Assembly (NCBI GenBank): GCA_965116335.1 | Contig: OZ220677.1 | Span: 784,834 to 848,833 of the forward strand | Direction of reading: 5' to 3' | Source: Arenicellales bacterium | GTDB taxonomy: Bacteria; Pseudomonadota; Gammaproteobacteria; Arenicellales; Poriferihabitantaceae | Length of the DNA stretch: 64,000 bases | Part shown: piece after piece, positions 11,168 to 20,799 of the stretch | Layout: each line of letters begins with the position of its first letter | Numbering within the stretch: the stretch's first letter is position 1 | Translations under genes and position numbers: made by a program | Notes under the pieces: generated by a model | What the model was told of the DNA's origin: nothing | Database searches by the model: none | What the model saw: only the letters and a program-made list of their open reading frames with translations

Positions 11168-12006
11168 TCGGACTCCGAAAGTGTGGACAGCAATGTGCCC
11201 TGTCGCGTGACCGGACTCAATCCCAGAGTCTTGAAAATTCGCCAGTAGAGTGCATTGTCATGAGTCACTACCGGCTTACCGAGGATGGATTCCAGGCCGA
11301 CCTCAAGAGAAACAAAGCGCTCAGCCAAACCGTCTGTCGCACGTCGAAAGTTACACATGCCATTGGCCAGATAGGCGTCAACGTTGGGTGCTTTATCCGC
11401 AACATAGCGCATGGATTTCTCCGCCAGATCGCCATCGAAACACCAGATCTGCGCGTTGCAAACCTGCTGACTTTCTATAAAACCCTGATCAACGAAATTA
11501 CCGGCCCAGACGACATCGAACCCGGCTTCCTCGAGAAAGGCGACCGTTCCCCGCCACCAGTCTGGCCAATGATAAACCCCGTTCAGAGCCACCTTTTCCA
11601 CATTGAGTTCCCTTAAGGCTTCCACCATGGCATACCCGGCCATGTGAAACGGGGTTTCGTAGGTTTCACTCAATCTCTCACAGTATTGACGCACGCCTTC
11701 AACGCCCAATCCACACGCATGCACCCAGTTCGATCCGACCTGCCCGCAGACATCGGCACCGTTGTTTGCCATACACTCGACAAATTCCTCAAGCAAGCTG
11801 AAGTTTTGTTTGCGTTGATCCAACTCATGGCGATAATCAGGAACATGCAGCATCCGCCCATGTACGCCGACCGTTGCCGGAGCAATCCGCAGAAAATCGG
11901 TCGGCGCCGCATCAAAATCATGCGGCGGGCAGGTAAATCCCACCTGGTGAGGGAACAGTTTATTTTTCGGGTTAGACCAGTGAGCCGGTTTCTTGTAGCT
12001 GGACAT
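11164..12006 (-). CDS. Asp/Glu racemase superfamily protein (maleate isomerase / arylmalonate decarboxylase-like)
   Basis: 280 aa. The C-terminal GKPVVTHDNALYWRIFKTLGL resembles the maleate isomerase family ending. A 4-nt overlap joins it to the downstream sulfotransferase-like gene. Confidence 0.45.
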   Translation of the reverse strand: MSSYKKPAHWSNPKNKLFPHQVGFTCPPHDFDAAPTDFLRIAPATVGVHGRMLHVPDYRHELDQRKQNFSLLEEFVECMANNGADVCGQVGSNWVHACGLGVEGVRQYCERLSETYETPFHMAGYAMVEALRELNVEKVALNGVYHWPDWWRGTVAFLEEAGFDVVWAGNFVDQGFIESQQVCNAQIWCFDGDLAEKSMRYVADKAPNVDAYLANGMCNFRRATDGLAERFVSLEVGLESILGKPVVTHDNALYWRIFKTLGLSPVTRQGTLLSTLSESE

Positions 12007-12140
12007 GATTGCACCTTATCAGGATGAACGAACAGTACCAAACAGCAGCGAGAGTCGTATAATCAGGAGCAGCAAGCATAAAGCACCTACTCTATACGAG
12101 CACGTATGTTACTGGCACCCATTATAATCAAATTCCCCGC

Positions 12141-13415
12141 ATGAAAGTGCTTTGTGCCAACGCCAGAATGAACTCGATTTCCGAGCAGGGATTGTGTGCG
12201 GGTTGCGGCATTTGCCAGTCCATCGCAGGAACTGACAAAATCCGTTTCACCAAATCGTCGAATGGCTATGAGCGACCCGTGATTGTCGGTGATCTGGAAG
12301 ACGCAACCGTAGACCGGATTTTCGACATCTGTCCCGGCACCCGGATTGAAGGATTACCTCACAGTGAGATCACCCCGGAAACGAGGGTAGACAATGTCTG
12401 GGGGCCGTGGCGACGTATGGTACGAGCCTGGGCCAGCGATCCGATAACACGGTTTGAAGGTTCCACAGGCGGTGTACTGACAGCTTTGGCCCGATTCCTG
12501 CTGGCCGATAATCGGGTTCAATTCATACTGCATGCCAGGGCATCCAGCGCAGAGCCGACTTTCGGGCAGCGGCATATCAGTTTTACAGAAGCCGATGTGC
12601 TTGCTGCCGCCGGGTCGCGTTACGGCCCAACGGCTCCGTTAATTGATATTAATGAAGTTCTGGAGCGCAACCAACCCTTCGCTTTTATCGGCAAGCCCTG
12701 TGACATCGCCGCCCTGCGTAACCTCGCCCGCCATCACACGCGCGTAAACGATCTGGTGAAATACTGGCTGACTCCGGTTTGCGGTGGATTCATGCCACCG
12801 TCGTCAATGGATGACTTTCTGGAACGCGCCAGAATCAACCGAACAGAAGTCACCGCTTTTCGCTATCGCGGACACGGCTGCCCCGGACCGACCCGTGTTG
12901 AAACCGTGGATAAGGTGAAGGAGTTTCACTACCTGGATCTATGGGGAGAAGAGGCAAGCGCCTGGCATCTCCCCTTTCGTTGCAAGATTTGCCCGGACGG
13001 CATCGGCGAGGCAGCTGATATCGCCGCATCAGACACCTGGCCGGGGGGCTCGCCCACACGCGAGGGCAACGAGGATGATGCAGGAGTCAACGGCGTAATA
13101 GCACGTACAGATGCTGGCCTTGAGTTACTGGAATCGGCGGTACAAGCCGGAGCGGTCACCATAGAGTATGACATCACCCCTGCTGACATGAACATCTACC
13201 AGCCTCATCAGATGCGTAAGAAATACGCCGTCCATGATCGCCATAAGGGGCTGGGTGATGAGGGCCGCATCGTGCCGCAAACAGACCGCCTGCGTATTGA
13301 CAAACTGGCGGCAGAGCTACCCGACAGTGTTCGCGCCCATCAACGCGAAGGCACCCGAACGAGAATCCGCTCCGGCAAAGCGACAGAACCGAAACCAGAA
13401 GCATCGGGAGTGTAG
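12141..13415 (+). CDS. coenzyme F420 hydrogenase/dehydrogenase beta-subunit (FrhB) family protein
   Basis: 424 aa with an N-terminal Cys cluster GLCAGCGICQS and the FrhB-type blocks STGGVLTALARFLL and FIGKPCDIAALRNL. The true start may be the internal MNSISEQ (12168). Confidence 0.7.
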   Translation: MKVLCANARMNSISEQGLCAGCGICQSIAGTDKIRFTKSSNGYERPVIVGDLEDATVDRIFDICPGTRIEGLPHSEITPETRVDNVWGPWRRMVRAWASDPITRFEGSTGGVLTALARFLLADNRVQFILHARASSAEPTFGQRHISFTEADVLAAAGSRYGPTAPLIDINEVLERNQPFAFIGKPCDIAALRNLARHHTRVNDLVKYWLTPVCGGFMPPSSMDDFLERARINRTEVTAFRYRGHGCPGPTRVETVDKVKEFHYLDLWGEEASAWHLPFRCKICPDGIGEAADIAASDTWPGGSPTREGNEDDAGVNGVIARTDAGLELLESAVQAGAVTIEYDITPADMNIYQPHQMRKKYAVHDRHKGLGDEGRIVPQTDRLRIDKLAAELPDSVRAHQREGTRTRIRSGKATEPKPEASGV

Positions 13416-13437
13416 CTTGTTCCGACATCCCAGACAG

Positions 13438-13480
13438 ATTATGTGTAAATCAGGAGTTGAGGTCCTGATTTACACATAAT
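13438..13480 (+). terminator. 18-bp perfect stem hairpin (ATTATGTGTAAATCAGGA / TCCTGATTTACACATAAT, 7-nt loop) after the FrhB-like gene
   Basis: Read directly. No clear U-tract follows, so it could be a terminator, an RNA stabiliser or an insertion scar. Confidence 0.35.
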
Positions 13481-13491
13481 ATAATGATTGC

Positions 13492-14661
13492 ATGATTTTT
13501 CGTGACTTATCCGGGGAACTGCTCCGACAACTCAGGGAATACCCGATCGTAACCGTATTGGGGCCAAGGCAAGCCGGGAAAACGACACTGGCGCGGGAAT
13601 TGCTGAAGGACTATACCTACGTCAGTCTGGAAACACCCGATATCCTGGCTATTGCCCGTGAAGACCCAAGGGGGTTCCTCGCTCGCTATCGAGAAACTGT
13701 CATTTTTGACGAAATTCAGCGAGCGCCTCATCTCATCAGCTACCTGCAAGGGATCGTTGATGATTCCGGGCGGAACGGTCAGTTTGTTCTGACCGGCTCC
13801 CATCAGCTTGAATTGCGATCTTCCATTACCCAATCACTGGCGGGTAGAACCGGGATTCTCAATCTGCTTCCCTTCTCTATCGCCGAATTGAGAACGGCGA
13901 TGCATACATTCGATACCTTCGAGGAATATGTCTTTACCGGATTTCTTCCCCGTATATATGATCAGAATCAACGCCCCAATACCGCATGGGCAAATTATTA
14001 CCAAACTTATATTGAAAGAGACATTCGCCAGATCATTCAGCTAAAGGATGCCAGCCTGTTCGATAAATTCATGCGTCTGCTGGCCGGAAGAACCGGCCAG
14101 ATCATCAACTACCAATCTTTGGCGGCGGATGTCGGTGTGAACGCCAAAACGGTGAAGGAATGGTTATCCATTCTGGAAGCATCATTTGTGGTATTCAAAC
14201 TTTCACCATATTTCAGGAATTTCGGTAAACGGGTCGTCAAATCTCCCAAATACTACTTCACAGATACCGGATTACTAACCTATCTGTTAGGCATTGAGAA
14301 ACCGGAGCAGGTAACTCGTGATCCTCTGGTTGGTCAGTTGTTTGAAAATCTGGTGGTTCTGGAGGCAATCAAGGCTCGATATAACCAGGGCAAAACACCG
14401 AACCTGTATTTTTACCGGGACAGTCACGGCAATGAGATTGATCTGTTGTATGCGAGCGGCCGCAGTCTGACTGGCATCGAAATCAAATCCGCAGCGACAT
14501 TTCATTCTCATTTCAGGAAAATGCTGAACCAATTCTCACAAAAACAGCAACCCCTCCAGTCAGGCTATATCGTTTATAACGGAGAGGAGAAGATATTCAG
14601 CGATGGCATCAAGGCAATCAATTTCCGTGATGTCGGAGCGATTTTCGGGTCGGACAAGTAA
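13492..14661 (+). CDS. AAA+ ATPase with C-terminal DUF4143 (nuclease-fold) domain
   Basis: 389 aa with Walker A GPRQAGKTTLAR, Walker B VIFDEIQRAP and a C-terminal GNEIDLLY...GIEIKSAATF typical of the COG1373/DUF4143 family. Confidence 0.8.
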   Translation: MIFRDLSGELLRQLREYPIVTVLGPRQAGKTTLARELLKDYTYVSLETPDILAIAREDPRGFLARYRETVIFDEIQRAPHLISYLQGIVDDSGRNGQFVLTGSHQLELRSSITQSLAGRTGILNLLPFSIAELRTAMHTFDTFEEYVFTGFLPRIYDQNQRPNTAWANYYQTYIERDIRQIIQLKDASLFDKFMRLLAGRTGQIINYQSLAADVGVNAKTVKEWLSILEASFVVFKLSPYFRNFGKRVVKSPKYYFTDTGLLTYLLGIEKPEQVTRDPLVGQLFENLVVLEAIKARYNQGKTPNLYFYRDSHGNEIDLLYASGRSLTGIEIKSAATFHSHFRKMLNQFSQKQQPLQSGYIVYNGEEKIFSDGIKAINFRDVGAIFGSDK

Positions 14662-14688
14662 GACGTGGTAGCCCGAAGCCCCGTTATG

Positions 14689-15969
14689 CTACCCGCGAAA
14701 AACGGTATTTGGCAACCATAGCGCAATATCAGGAACAAATGTAATCATCAGCAGCACAATAATTAACGGGATCAAAAATGGCATGGTTGCCTTGACACAG
14801 TTCTCAAAGCTGACGCCAGACACTTCTGATAGCACATACAAAACCATCCCGATCGGGGGTGTCAGTAGCCCAAGCATGAGATTGAGTATCACAATGATTC
14901 CAAGATGTACCGGGTCTATGCCAACGGTCAGCGCAATGGGCATCAACACAGGCACAAGAATGGTGATCGCTGCAATGGTTTCCATGAACAACCCGATCGC
15001 GAGCACGATTGCCATGATCATCAGAAGAATCAGATGCTTGTTTTCGGTAAGCCCCAACAGTGCGCTCCCCAGTAAATCCGCAACCTGATTAGCGGTCAGA
15101 ATCCAGGCAAAGATGGTGGCCGCGGAAACGATCATCAGAATTGCGGCGGAGGTTTCGATGGTGTCAATGGACACTCTCACTATATGCCGCCACGAAAGAG
15201 TCCGATACACCACCAGACCTAAAAACATTGCATATATGACGGCTGCAATAGCAGCTTCAGTGGGAGTAAATACACCGGTAGCAATACCACCGATGATAAT
15301 TGCAGGCGTTAATAGCGGGAAGAATGCCGCCTTGAACGTGCGCCAGATAACACGAAGATCAAATCTGGCGTCACGCGGATAATTTCTTCTCTTTGAGTAC
15401 CAGGCAACCATGACCATGAGTGATACAGCCATCAACAAGCCGGGGATGAGTCCCGCGGCAAACAATTCCCCTATCGAAACAGACGCCATTACGCCAAAAA
15501 TCACCAGTGGCAGCGATGGCGGAATAATCGGACCAATTGTTGAAGAGGCCGCAGTAACTCCAACCGCGAAATCGGTATCATACCCGGCTTCCCGCATTGC
15601 TTTTATTTCGACATTGCCGAGTCCTCCCGCATCTGCGACCGCGGCGCCGGACATTCCTGCGAATATGACACTGGCGCCCACATTGACATGACCAAGTCCG
15701 CCCGGTGTCCATCCCATCAAGGCACGGGCGAATGCGAATATCTTGGTGGTTATGCCTCCTGTATTCATCAAATGTCCAGCCAGAATGAAAAACGGGATAG
15801 CAAGAAGCGGAAAGCTGTCAACCCCCGTGATCATATTGTGTATCAACACAACTTCGGGCACATCAGAAATCAATATATAAGAGAGTGACGCAAGTGCCAG
15901 TGAGACCGCAACCGGAACCCCCAATATCAGGCAACCAGCCAGTACTGCAAACAGAATCCACAGACCCAT
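14689..15969 (-). CDS. TRAP transporter large permease (DctM-type)
   Basis: 426-aa polytopic protein with the DctM-family N-terminus and glycine-rich loops (GMSGAAVADAGGLG). Confidence 0.9.
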   Translation of the reverse strand: MGLWILFAVLAGCLILGVPVAVSLALASLSYILISDVPEVVLIHNMITGVDSFPLLAIPFFILAGHLMNTGGITTKIFAFARALMGWTPGGLGHVNVGASVIFAGMSGAAVADAGGLGNVEIKAMREAGYDTDFAVGVTAASSTIGPIIPPSLPLVIFGVMASVSIGELFAAGLIPGLLMAVSLMVMVAWYSKRRNYPRDARFDLRVIWRTFKAAFFPLLTPAIIIGGIATGVFTPTEAAIAAVIYAMFLGLVVYRTLSWRHIVRVSIDTIETSAAILMIVSAATIFAWILTANQVADLLGSALLGLTENKHLILLMIMAIVLAIGLFMETIAAITILVPVLMPIALTVGIDPVHLGIIVILNLMLGLLTPPIGMVLYVLSEVSGVSFENCVKATMPFLIPLIIVLLMITFVPDIALWLPNTVFRG

Positions 15970-15980
15970 GGGGTATCCTC

Positions 15981-16535
15981 CTAATCTATATTACTGAGTT
16001 TCTCTGCGGCGACATCACTCGCAGACATCTTGAAAAGTCTGAATACGCGATACGCTGCAAACAGAGCCATTGCAATACAGGCTATCACCACGATGTAATA
16101 GATAACGCTCTTCGGCAAATCGAGCGAGACCATTCTTTGTGATCTGGTTTTTTGGGCGAGTTCTATTCCCAACCAGGCCATGTAACCGAACATTCCAAAG
16201 ACAACGATCTCTACAAATGTTGAAACCGGTTTTATGAGCCCTTCCGGCAAATATCGGTAGAAAAATTCCAGATAAATGTGCTTGCCCTTTCGTACACAAC
16301 TTACCGAACCGACAAACGCCAGTAAAATCAAGAGATAGCGTGCGATTTCCTCTGTCCACCCGAGGCTGTCGTTCAATACGTAGCGGGTGAAAAATTGCAG
16401 GGCCACGATAATGAATAACAACACAAACACGATCAGCACTGGAAAATCGAGAAGCCCGACATCTGAAATATCATCGGTTACTTCTTCGATTTCACTAAAA
16501 ACGTCTTCCTTCTCTGAAGCATTTTCATTATTCAT
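15981..16535 (-). CDS. TRAP transporter small permease (DctQ-type)
   Basis: 184 aa, four hydrophobic helices, located between the DctP and DctM genes. Confidence 0.85.
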   Translation of the reverse strand: MNNENASEKEDVFSEIEEVTDDISDVGLLDFPVLIVFVLLFIIVALQFFTRYVLNDSLGWTEEIARYLLILLAFVGSVSCVRKGKHIYLEFFYRYLPEGLIKPVSTFVEIVVFGMFGYMAWLGIELAQKTRSQRMVSLDLPKSVIYYIVVIACIAMALFAAYRVFRLFKMSASDVAAEKLSNID

Positions 16536-16617
16536 TGTGTGTAACCTCTGATCAAAACCGCATGGCGTATGGTCCGCAATTTGTTCGCCACTAACTAACC
16601 GCGGACCATATCTTCAA

Positions 16618-17625
16618 TTAGCCAGCGTCAGGAATAGCCTGGAGACGTTCGTAAACATCGTTGCTGAACGGCATGTCATCTCCGAGTAACGCGGGTTTCA
16701 CGACATCCATGAATGGCTGGCGGTCCACTTCATTGACATTTACGCCCTGCCCCCTGAACCAGTCAACAAGCTCGGCCTCGGATTGGACGATCTGCTCTGT
16801 AACCCAGTCAGCGGATTCCTGCAAGGCTTTGATTACAGCGGCGCGGTCCGTATCACTCATACTTGACAGGCTTGACCCGGACGCGACAGTCAGGGTTGAG
16901 TTTGTAATGTGTCCGGTGAGATTTATGTCAGTTTGTACTTCGTGAAATTTTTTCGCCTGTATGGTCGGCAGTGGGTTTTCCTGAGCATCCACTACCCCTT
17001 GCTGCAACGCGAGATACACTTCCGCGAATGCCATCGGAGTCGGGTTGGCTCCGGCTGCTTTGGGAAACAACACATAAGCGGGGGCGTTTGGCACTCGGAT
17101 TTTGACATCCTTGATATCCGCGGGAGTCAGTATGGGTCGGTTCGAGGTAACATGGCGTGTTCCATAATAGCTGATTGCAGTAACCACACTGCCACCGGAT
17201 GCCTCTGCAAACCCGGCGGACAATTCCTTGAACAAATCGCTCTGTCCGTAGGCTTTCCAGTGATCAAGACTCCGTAGTGTAAAAGGAAAATCCGTAATTG
17301 AAATCGGACCGTATATGGATCCGGCAAATCCGGCTCCCGTATAAATAATATCTACAGTGCCCAACGTCAGTCCTTCGTTGAGGCCCGCTTCCTTACCTAA
17401 TGAGGAGGCAGGGAAGACTTCCACCTCATAGCGACCCTCGGTAGCCTCGTTAATAGCCTCGGCTGCCATTAACGCGCCTTTGTGAAGGGGGTGGCCTACC
17501 TCATAGACATGAGCGAATTTCAGCTTTTGAGCGGCATGTGAAATACCGAATGGCAATGCAAGTAAACTACATGCCAAAGCGCTGAAAAGTACCTTTTTGA
17601 ACGTATTGCGTTTGATTGAATTCAT
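16618..17625 (-). CDS. TRAP transporter substrate-binding protein (DctP-type)
   Basis: Signal peptide MNSIKRNTFKKVLFSALACSLLALPFGISHA followed by a DctP-family body. Start set to ATG 17625, which has a GGAG RBS, rather than the ORF-track extension to 17682. Confidence 0.9.
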   Translation of the reverse strand: MNSIKRNTFKKVLFSALACSLLALPFGISHAAQKLKFAHVYEVGHPLHKGALMAAEAINEATEGRYEVEVFPASSLGKEAGLNEGLTLGTVDIIYTGAGFAGSIYGPISITDFPFTLRSLDHWKAYGQSDLFKELSAGFAEASGGSVVTAISYYGTRHVTSNRPILTPADIKDVKIRVPNAPAYVLFPKAAGANPTPMAFAEVYLALQQGVVDAQENPLPTIQAKKFHEVQTDINLTGHITNSTLTVASGSSLSSMSDTDRAAVIKALQESADWVTEQIVQSEAELVDWFRGQGVNVNEVDRQPFMDVVKPALLGDDMPFSNDVYERLQAIPDAG

Positions 17626-17681
17626 TTTTCTCCTCGTCATGTTATATCTAATGGTTGAATAGTCCGCTAATTTATAGCACA

Positions 17682-17721
17682 ATATAATAAAAAATAAAAT
17701 ATATTTTATTTTTTATTATAT
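17682..17721. promoter_or_regulatory. perfect 40-bp A/T-only palindrome in the divergent TRAP / GntR promoter region
   Basis: atataataaaaaataaaatatattttattttttattatat equals its own reverse complement (checked base by base). Confidence 0.6.
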
Positions 17722-17784
17722 GATATATACGCACAGCGATACAACGCATATTTTATTTCCGAACCAAAAATACAAGCGCCTACA

Positions 17785-18519
17785 ATGAAATCAAAGAAAC
17801 TCAATCTGGTCCGGGAGACTCTGACTCAACAAATTTGTGCGCTGCTCAAGTCAAAAATCATCAACGGTGAACTGGTGGCGGGCAGCCGCATCTGGGCAGA
17901 TGAGTTGGCAACCCAATTGGAGGTTAGCATCGCCCCGGTCAAGGAAGCGTTACTGATTTTGTCGGGTGAAGGACTGATCGTTAATGTCCCTCGGCGCGGC
18001 TCGATTGTCCGCAGCTTTACCTACCGGGAAATGTCCGAACTCTACGATGTAAGGAAATTACTTGAGCTGGAAGCGTTGGAAATCATGTTCAAGCGCTCCT
18101 TGATAACCGATGAACTCGTACTTGATCTGCGGGAAGTCAATACAAAAATTGGCAGACTGCGTAAAAACGGAGAGTTCAAGGATAGAAGCGCGGCTTACGA
18201 ACTGGACTGGAAGTTTCATGAACGCTTTGTCGCCAGTTGTGAGCATGGGCTTCTTGCTGAACTGTACGCCAGATTGAATACCCAGGCTCAGATTATTCGT
18301 TATTCCAGTTGGAATATCGGGCCTCGCGGCGACAAAACATACTTCGAGCACGATGCGATTGTCCAGGCGCTTGCACAAAGAGATATTGTCAATGCCAGGG
18401 ATGCGATTTCCGCTCATCTTGGTTCCATATTACAGGACTTTGCCAAAGCCATCGAAAAGGGCGAGCACGGTGACCCAACTCACAACGACGTTGACCTGAT
18501 CATTAGTGGCCGCAGATAA
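17785..18519 (+). CDS. GntR family transcriptional regulator (FadR/FCD subfamily)
   Basis: 244 aa with an N-terminal winged HTH (ELATQLEVSIAPVKEALLILSGEGLI) and a helical FCD-like C-terminal domain. Confidence 0.88.
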   Translation: MKSKKLNLVRETLTQQICALLKSKIINGELVAGSRIWADELATQLEVSIAPVKEALLILSGEGLIVNVPRRGSIVRSFTYREMSELYDVRKLLELEALEIMFKRSLITDELVLDLREVNTKIGRLRKNGEFKDRSAAYELDWKFHERFVASCEHGLLAELYARLNTQAQIIRYSSWNIGPRGDKTYFEHDAIVQALAQRDIVNARDAISAHLGSILQDFAKAIEKGEHGDPTHNDVDLIISGRR

Positions 18520-18565
18520 AACGATAAGGTTTGATCATTCGCTTACGCACGAAACGTGACTTAAC

Positions 18566-19663
18566 ATGAGTCCTCCAACGATATCGAACGTAACCAACAC
18601 ACTGTTCCGGGTTCCGCTAACTGAAGTTCTCAGTGATGCCAGGCACGGCGACCATAGTCACTTTGAGCTGATAACTACGACGATTGAGCTATCAGATGGA
18701 AGTTCGGGCACCGGGTATACCTACACCGGCGGACGTGGAGGCCAGGCGATTCTGGCTATGCTTGAGAAGGATTTGAAGACTTTTTTGCTGGACAGGGCGG
18801 GTGATGAGATTGCCCGACTTTACGATCAAATGTTTTGGCATATTCACTATGTAGGACGCGGCGGCATATCTTCGTTTGCAATATCCGCTGTAGATATTGC
18901 GCTGTGGGACATCAAAGGCAAAAAAGAGCAAAAACCATTGTGGCAACTGGCGGGCGGAGCGAACTCCACAACCCGTGCATATTGCGGCGGCATTGATCTC
19001 AATTTTTCGTTGCAAAAGCTGAAAGCAAATGTATCGGGATACCTTGAGTCAGGATTTAATGCAGTGAAAATCAAGGTGGGGCAGGAAAGTCTGGATGAAG
19101 ATGTTGCACGAGTCGCCGCAATCCGGGAGTTGGCAGGCGAAGATACCACTTTCATGGTCGATGCCAACTGTTCCATGTCTGTTGAAGAAGCGATCAGGGC
19201 GGCGCAAGCGTTTAAGGAGTTTGATATTTACTGGTTTGAGGAACCCATAGAGCCGGACAATTACCGGGGCTACGCTGAGATTGCCCGAGCCACGGACGTA
19301 CCCCTGGCGATGGGAGAAAATCTCCATACGATCCATGAGTTCCAGTTTGCGCTCGACCAGTCGAATCTTTCATTTATCCAACCGGACGCTTCCAACTGCG
19401 GCGGTATCACCGGCTGGCTTCGTGTGGCGGAACTGGCATTGGAAAAAAATATTCCGGTATGTAGCCACGGCATGCAGGAGCTGCATGTCAGTCTGGTTTC
19501 AGCACAGCAAAATGCCGGTTGGGTTGAAGTGCACAGCTTCCCGATTGATCAGTATACGAATCGACCGTTGCAGGTCGAGAACTTCCGCGCTGTCGCTCCC
19601 GATACTCCGGGAACAGGCGTTGAATTTGATTGGGAGAGACTCTCGCAATTCAAACTTTCCTAG
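18566..19663 (+). CDS. enolase-superfamily enzyme (mandelate racemase/muconate lactonizing family; probable sugar-acid dehydratase)
   Basis: 365 aa with blocks [29 protein letters not shown] and FIQPD matching the MR/MLE metal-ligand pattern. Confidence 0.85.
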   Translation: MSPPTISNVTNTLFRVPLTEVLSDARHGDHSHFELITTTIELSDGSSGTGYTYTGGRGGQAILAMLEKDLKTFLLDRAGDEIARLYDQMFWHIHYVGRGGISSFAISAVDIALWDIKGKKEQKPLWQLAGGANSTTRAYCGGIDLNFSLQKLKANVSGYLESGFNAVKIKVGQESLDEDVARVAAIRELAGEDTTFMVDANCSMSVEEAIRAAQAFKEFDIYWFEEPIEPDNYRGYAEIARATDVPLAMGENLHTIHEFQFALDQSNLSFIQPDASNCGGITGWLRVAELALEKNIPVCSHGMQELHVSLVSAQQNAGWVEVHSFPIDQYTNRPLQVENFRAVAPDTPGTGVEFDWERLSQFKLS

Positions 19664-19767
19664 GTGCCTCCGAATGACATTTGCGTTCAGATTATGTTGA
19701 GTGATTTTCCTGCGTAGCGCCGATTGATTTTCAAGGTTTGGCTTTAACTGTAATAAGAGATTAGCGA

Positions 19768-20799
19768 ATGAAGGCTTCATATTATAATTGTGACAAGACG
19801 TTTACTTTAGGCGCATGCAAACCCATCAGTCCCAATCCCGGAGAAGTTCGAATCCGGGTAGCCTATTGCGGACTTTGCGGTACTGACTTGCATGTTTATC
19901 ACGGCAACATGGATGCGCGAGTGGGGTGCGAGAGGATAATCGGACATGAAATGTCCGGCATTGTCGATGCGGTCGGGTTGGATATATCCGATATTTCTGT
20001 TGGCGACAAGGTTGTAGTGCGGCCATTGGATCACTGTGGTGATTGTGCAGCTTGTAAAAATGGAAACAGCCACATTTGTCACAATCTGAAGTTTCTCGGA
20101 CTGGATACCGATGGCGCCTTGCAGCAAAGCTGGACAGTACCCAGGCATACTGTTCACGTAGTGCCTAAGGAAACCTCTCTCAAACACGCGGCTTTGGTCG
20201 AACCGGCTGCCGTGGCCTGCCATGACGTCAATCGGAGCCGCCTGGTCGAGGGTGAGGATGTTCTGATAATCGGCGGCGGCCCGATTGGAATTCTGATTGC
20301 AATGGTTGCAAGACAAAAAGGCGGCAAAATCACAATTTCCGAGGTCAACGAACAACGGCTTGCGATAGCCGGAAGACTCGGGTTCAATACCGTCAACCCG
20401 AATAATGTGGATGTTGGCAAATATATGTATGAAACCACCGGCCAGAAAGGTGCTGACGTCATATTTGAGGTATCGGGAAGCCGTGCAGGCGTGGAATGTA
20501 TGACATCGGCTGCCGCCGCACGTGCCCGCATTGTTATGGTTGCGATCCACCCGGTGAAGCCGCCGATTGATCTGTTTCAGTTTTTTTGGCGGGAAATCGA
20601 ACTTCTGGGCGCGCGCGTTTATACGCCCGATGATTTCGATGCAGCCATTGAGTTGATTGCATCCGGACAGATCGACTGCGAAGCAATCATCACCAACATT
20701 CAACAGCTCGACAAGGTTGGAGAGACGCTGGCGGACCTGAGCATAAACCCGAAAGCGCTGAAAAGCCTGGTTCAAGTGGGAAGCGAGGCGCCGGCATGA
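19768..20799 (+). CDS. zinc-dependent alcohol/polyol dehydrogenase (MDR family)
   Basis: 343 aa with Zn ligand blocks CGLCGTDLH and GHEMSG, a structural Zn site CGDCAACKNG and the Rossmann motif IIGGGPIG. Confidence 0.88.
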   Translation: MKASYYNCDKTFTLGACKPISPNPGEVRIRVAYCGLCGTDLHVYHGNMDARVGCERIIGHEMSGIVDAVGLDISDISVGDKVVVRPLDHCGDCAACKNGNSHICHNLKFLGLDTDGALQQSWTVPRHTVHVVPKETSLKHAALVEPAAVACHDVNRSRLVEGEDVLIIGGGPIGILIAMVARQKGGKITISEVNEQRLAIAGRLGFNTVNPNNVDVGKYMYETTGQKGADVIFEVSGSRAGVECMTSAAAARARIVMVAIHPVKPPIDLFQFFWREIELLGARVYTPDDFDAAIELIASGQIDCEAIITNIQQLDKVGETLADLSINPKALKSLVQVGSEAPA

